A DNA stretch of 64,000 bases from Euglena gracilis (Eukaryota): the NCBI GenBank assembly GCA_039621445.1, contig CP154954.1, positions 32,016,012-32,080,011 of the forward strand, given 5' to 3'. Positions within the stretch are counted from its first letter, which is position 1; each line of letters starts with the position of its first letter. Below, one piece after another: positions 63,531 through 64,000 of this stretch. The position numbers and the translations under genes were made by a program. A model generated the notes under the pieces. That model saw only the letters and a program-made list of their open reading frames with translations. It made no database searches and was not told the DNA's origin.

Positions 63531-64000
63531 CCATCCCCGAGCCGAAACCCGATCCCCCAGCCCACACGACGCAGCCCTCCCCCAACCCGGCGCCGGCAGG
63601 AGCGGACAACCAAGCTCACCCTCCTCCCATTCGCAAGAAATGACCCGGGAGGGGGGGCATTCTTGCGGCTGCTATGAGCTACTAGCGGCATTCCATCTCC
63701 CCCCTGGGGGGGGGGGGGTGCTGAAAACCCTTAGGCAATAGCCTGGCGGATTGTGCACACACGTTGTTTTGGACGCCCACCCCTCCCTTCCCTGTGCCAC
63801 GCTCTCCCTTTGCGCCACCATGGATTGGCAAGCCAGCCAGCCGTTCACGACACAGTTTTGCACTGCACACGCGCCTTCCTTGGAATCATTGGGAATCAAT
63901 TTCCCTTGGGCTGGTGCTCATGTGCGCTGTCACACACGCGACACATGGCCCATCCAGTGGTTCCATTGACCCCACACCGAGTAAAGACTGCCCAAGGAAC

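Overview
Repeat-dense eukaryotic DNA with GT-AG introns. It is probably a protist; a euglenozoan-like origin is only an inference, from splice acceptors sitting just upstream of ATGs. No rRNA, tRNA or CRISPR array is visible. The main feature is a ~6.2 kb decayed, minus-strand Penelope-like retroelement (41120-47333). It has the permuted architecture of the Chlamys/Naiad group (N-terminal GIY-YIG endonuclease, then RT) and a pseudo-LTR tandem structure. Downstream of the RT it carries a CCCH zinc finger, an OTU-type cysteine protease and a DnaJ J-domain with an intact HPD motif, plus a second degenerate J-domain. It sits inside a pseudogenised member of a tandem minus-strand gene family whose proteins start with an MGC-x-x-S acylation motif (starts at 47864, 24168, 4687, 944). 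The window also holds a recent ~3.74 kb tandem duplication (1-7095), an intron-containing Tc1/mariner transposase relic, a LINE RT fragment and a 7-exon phase-consistent orphan gene (50042-57788). There are many MITEs (8-bp-TSD hAT-like and TA-TSD Tc1/mariner-like) and several microsatellites. All domain calls come from motif recognition by eye; no searches were run.
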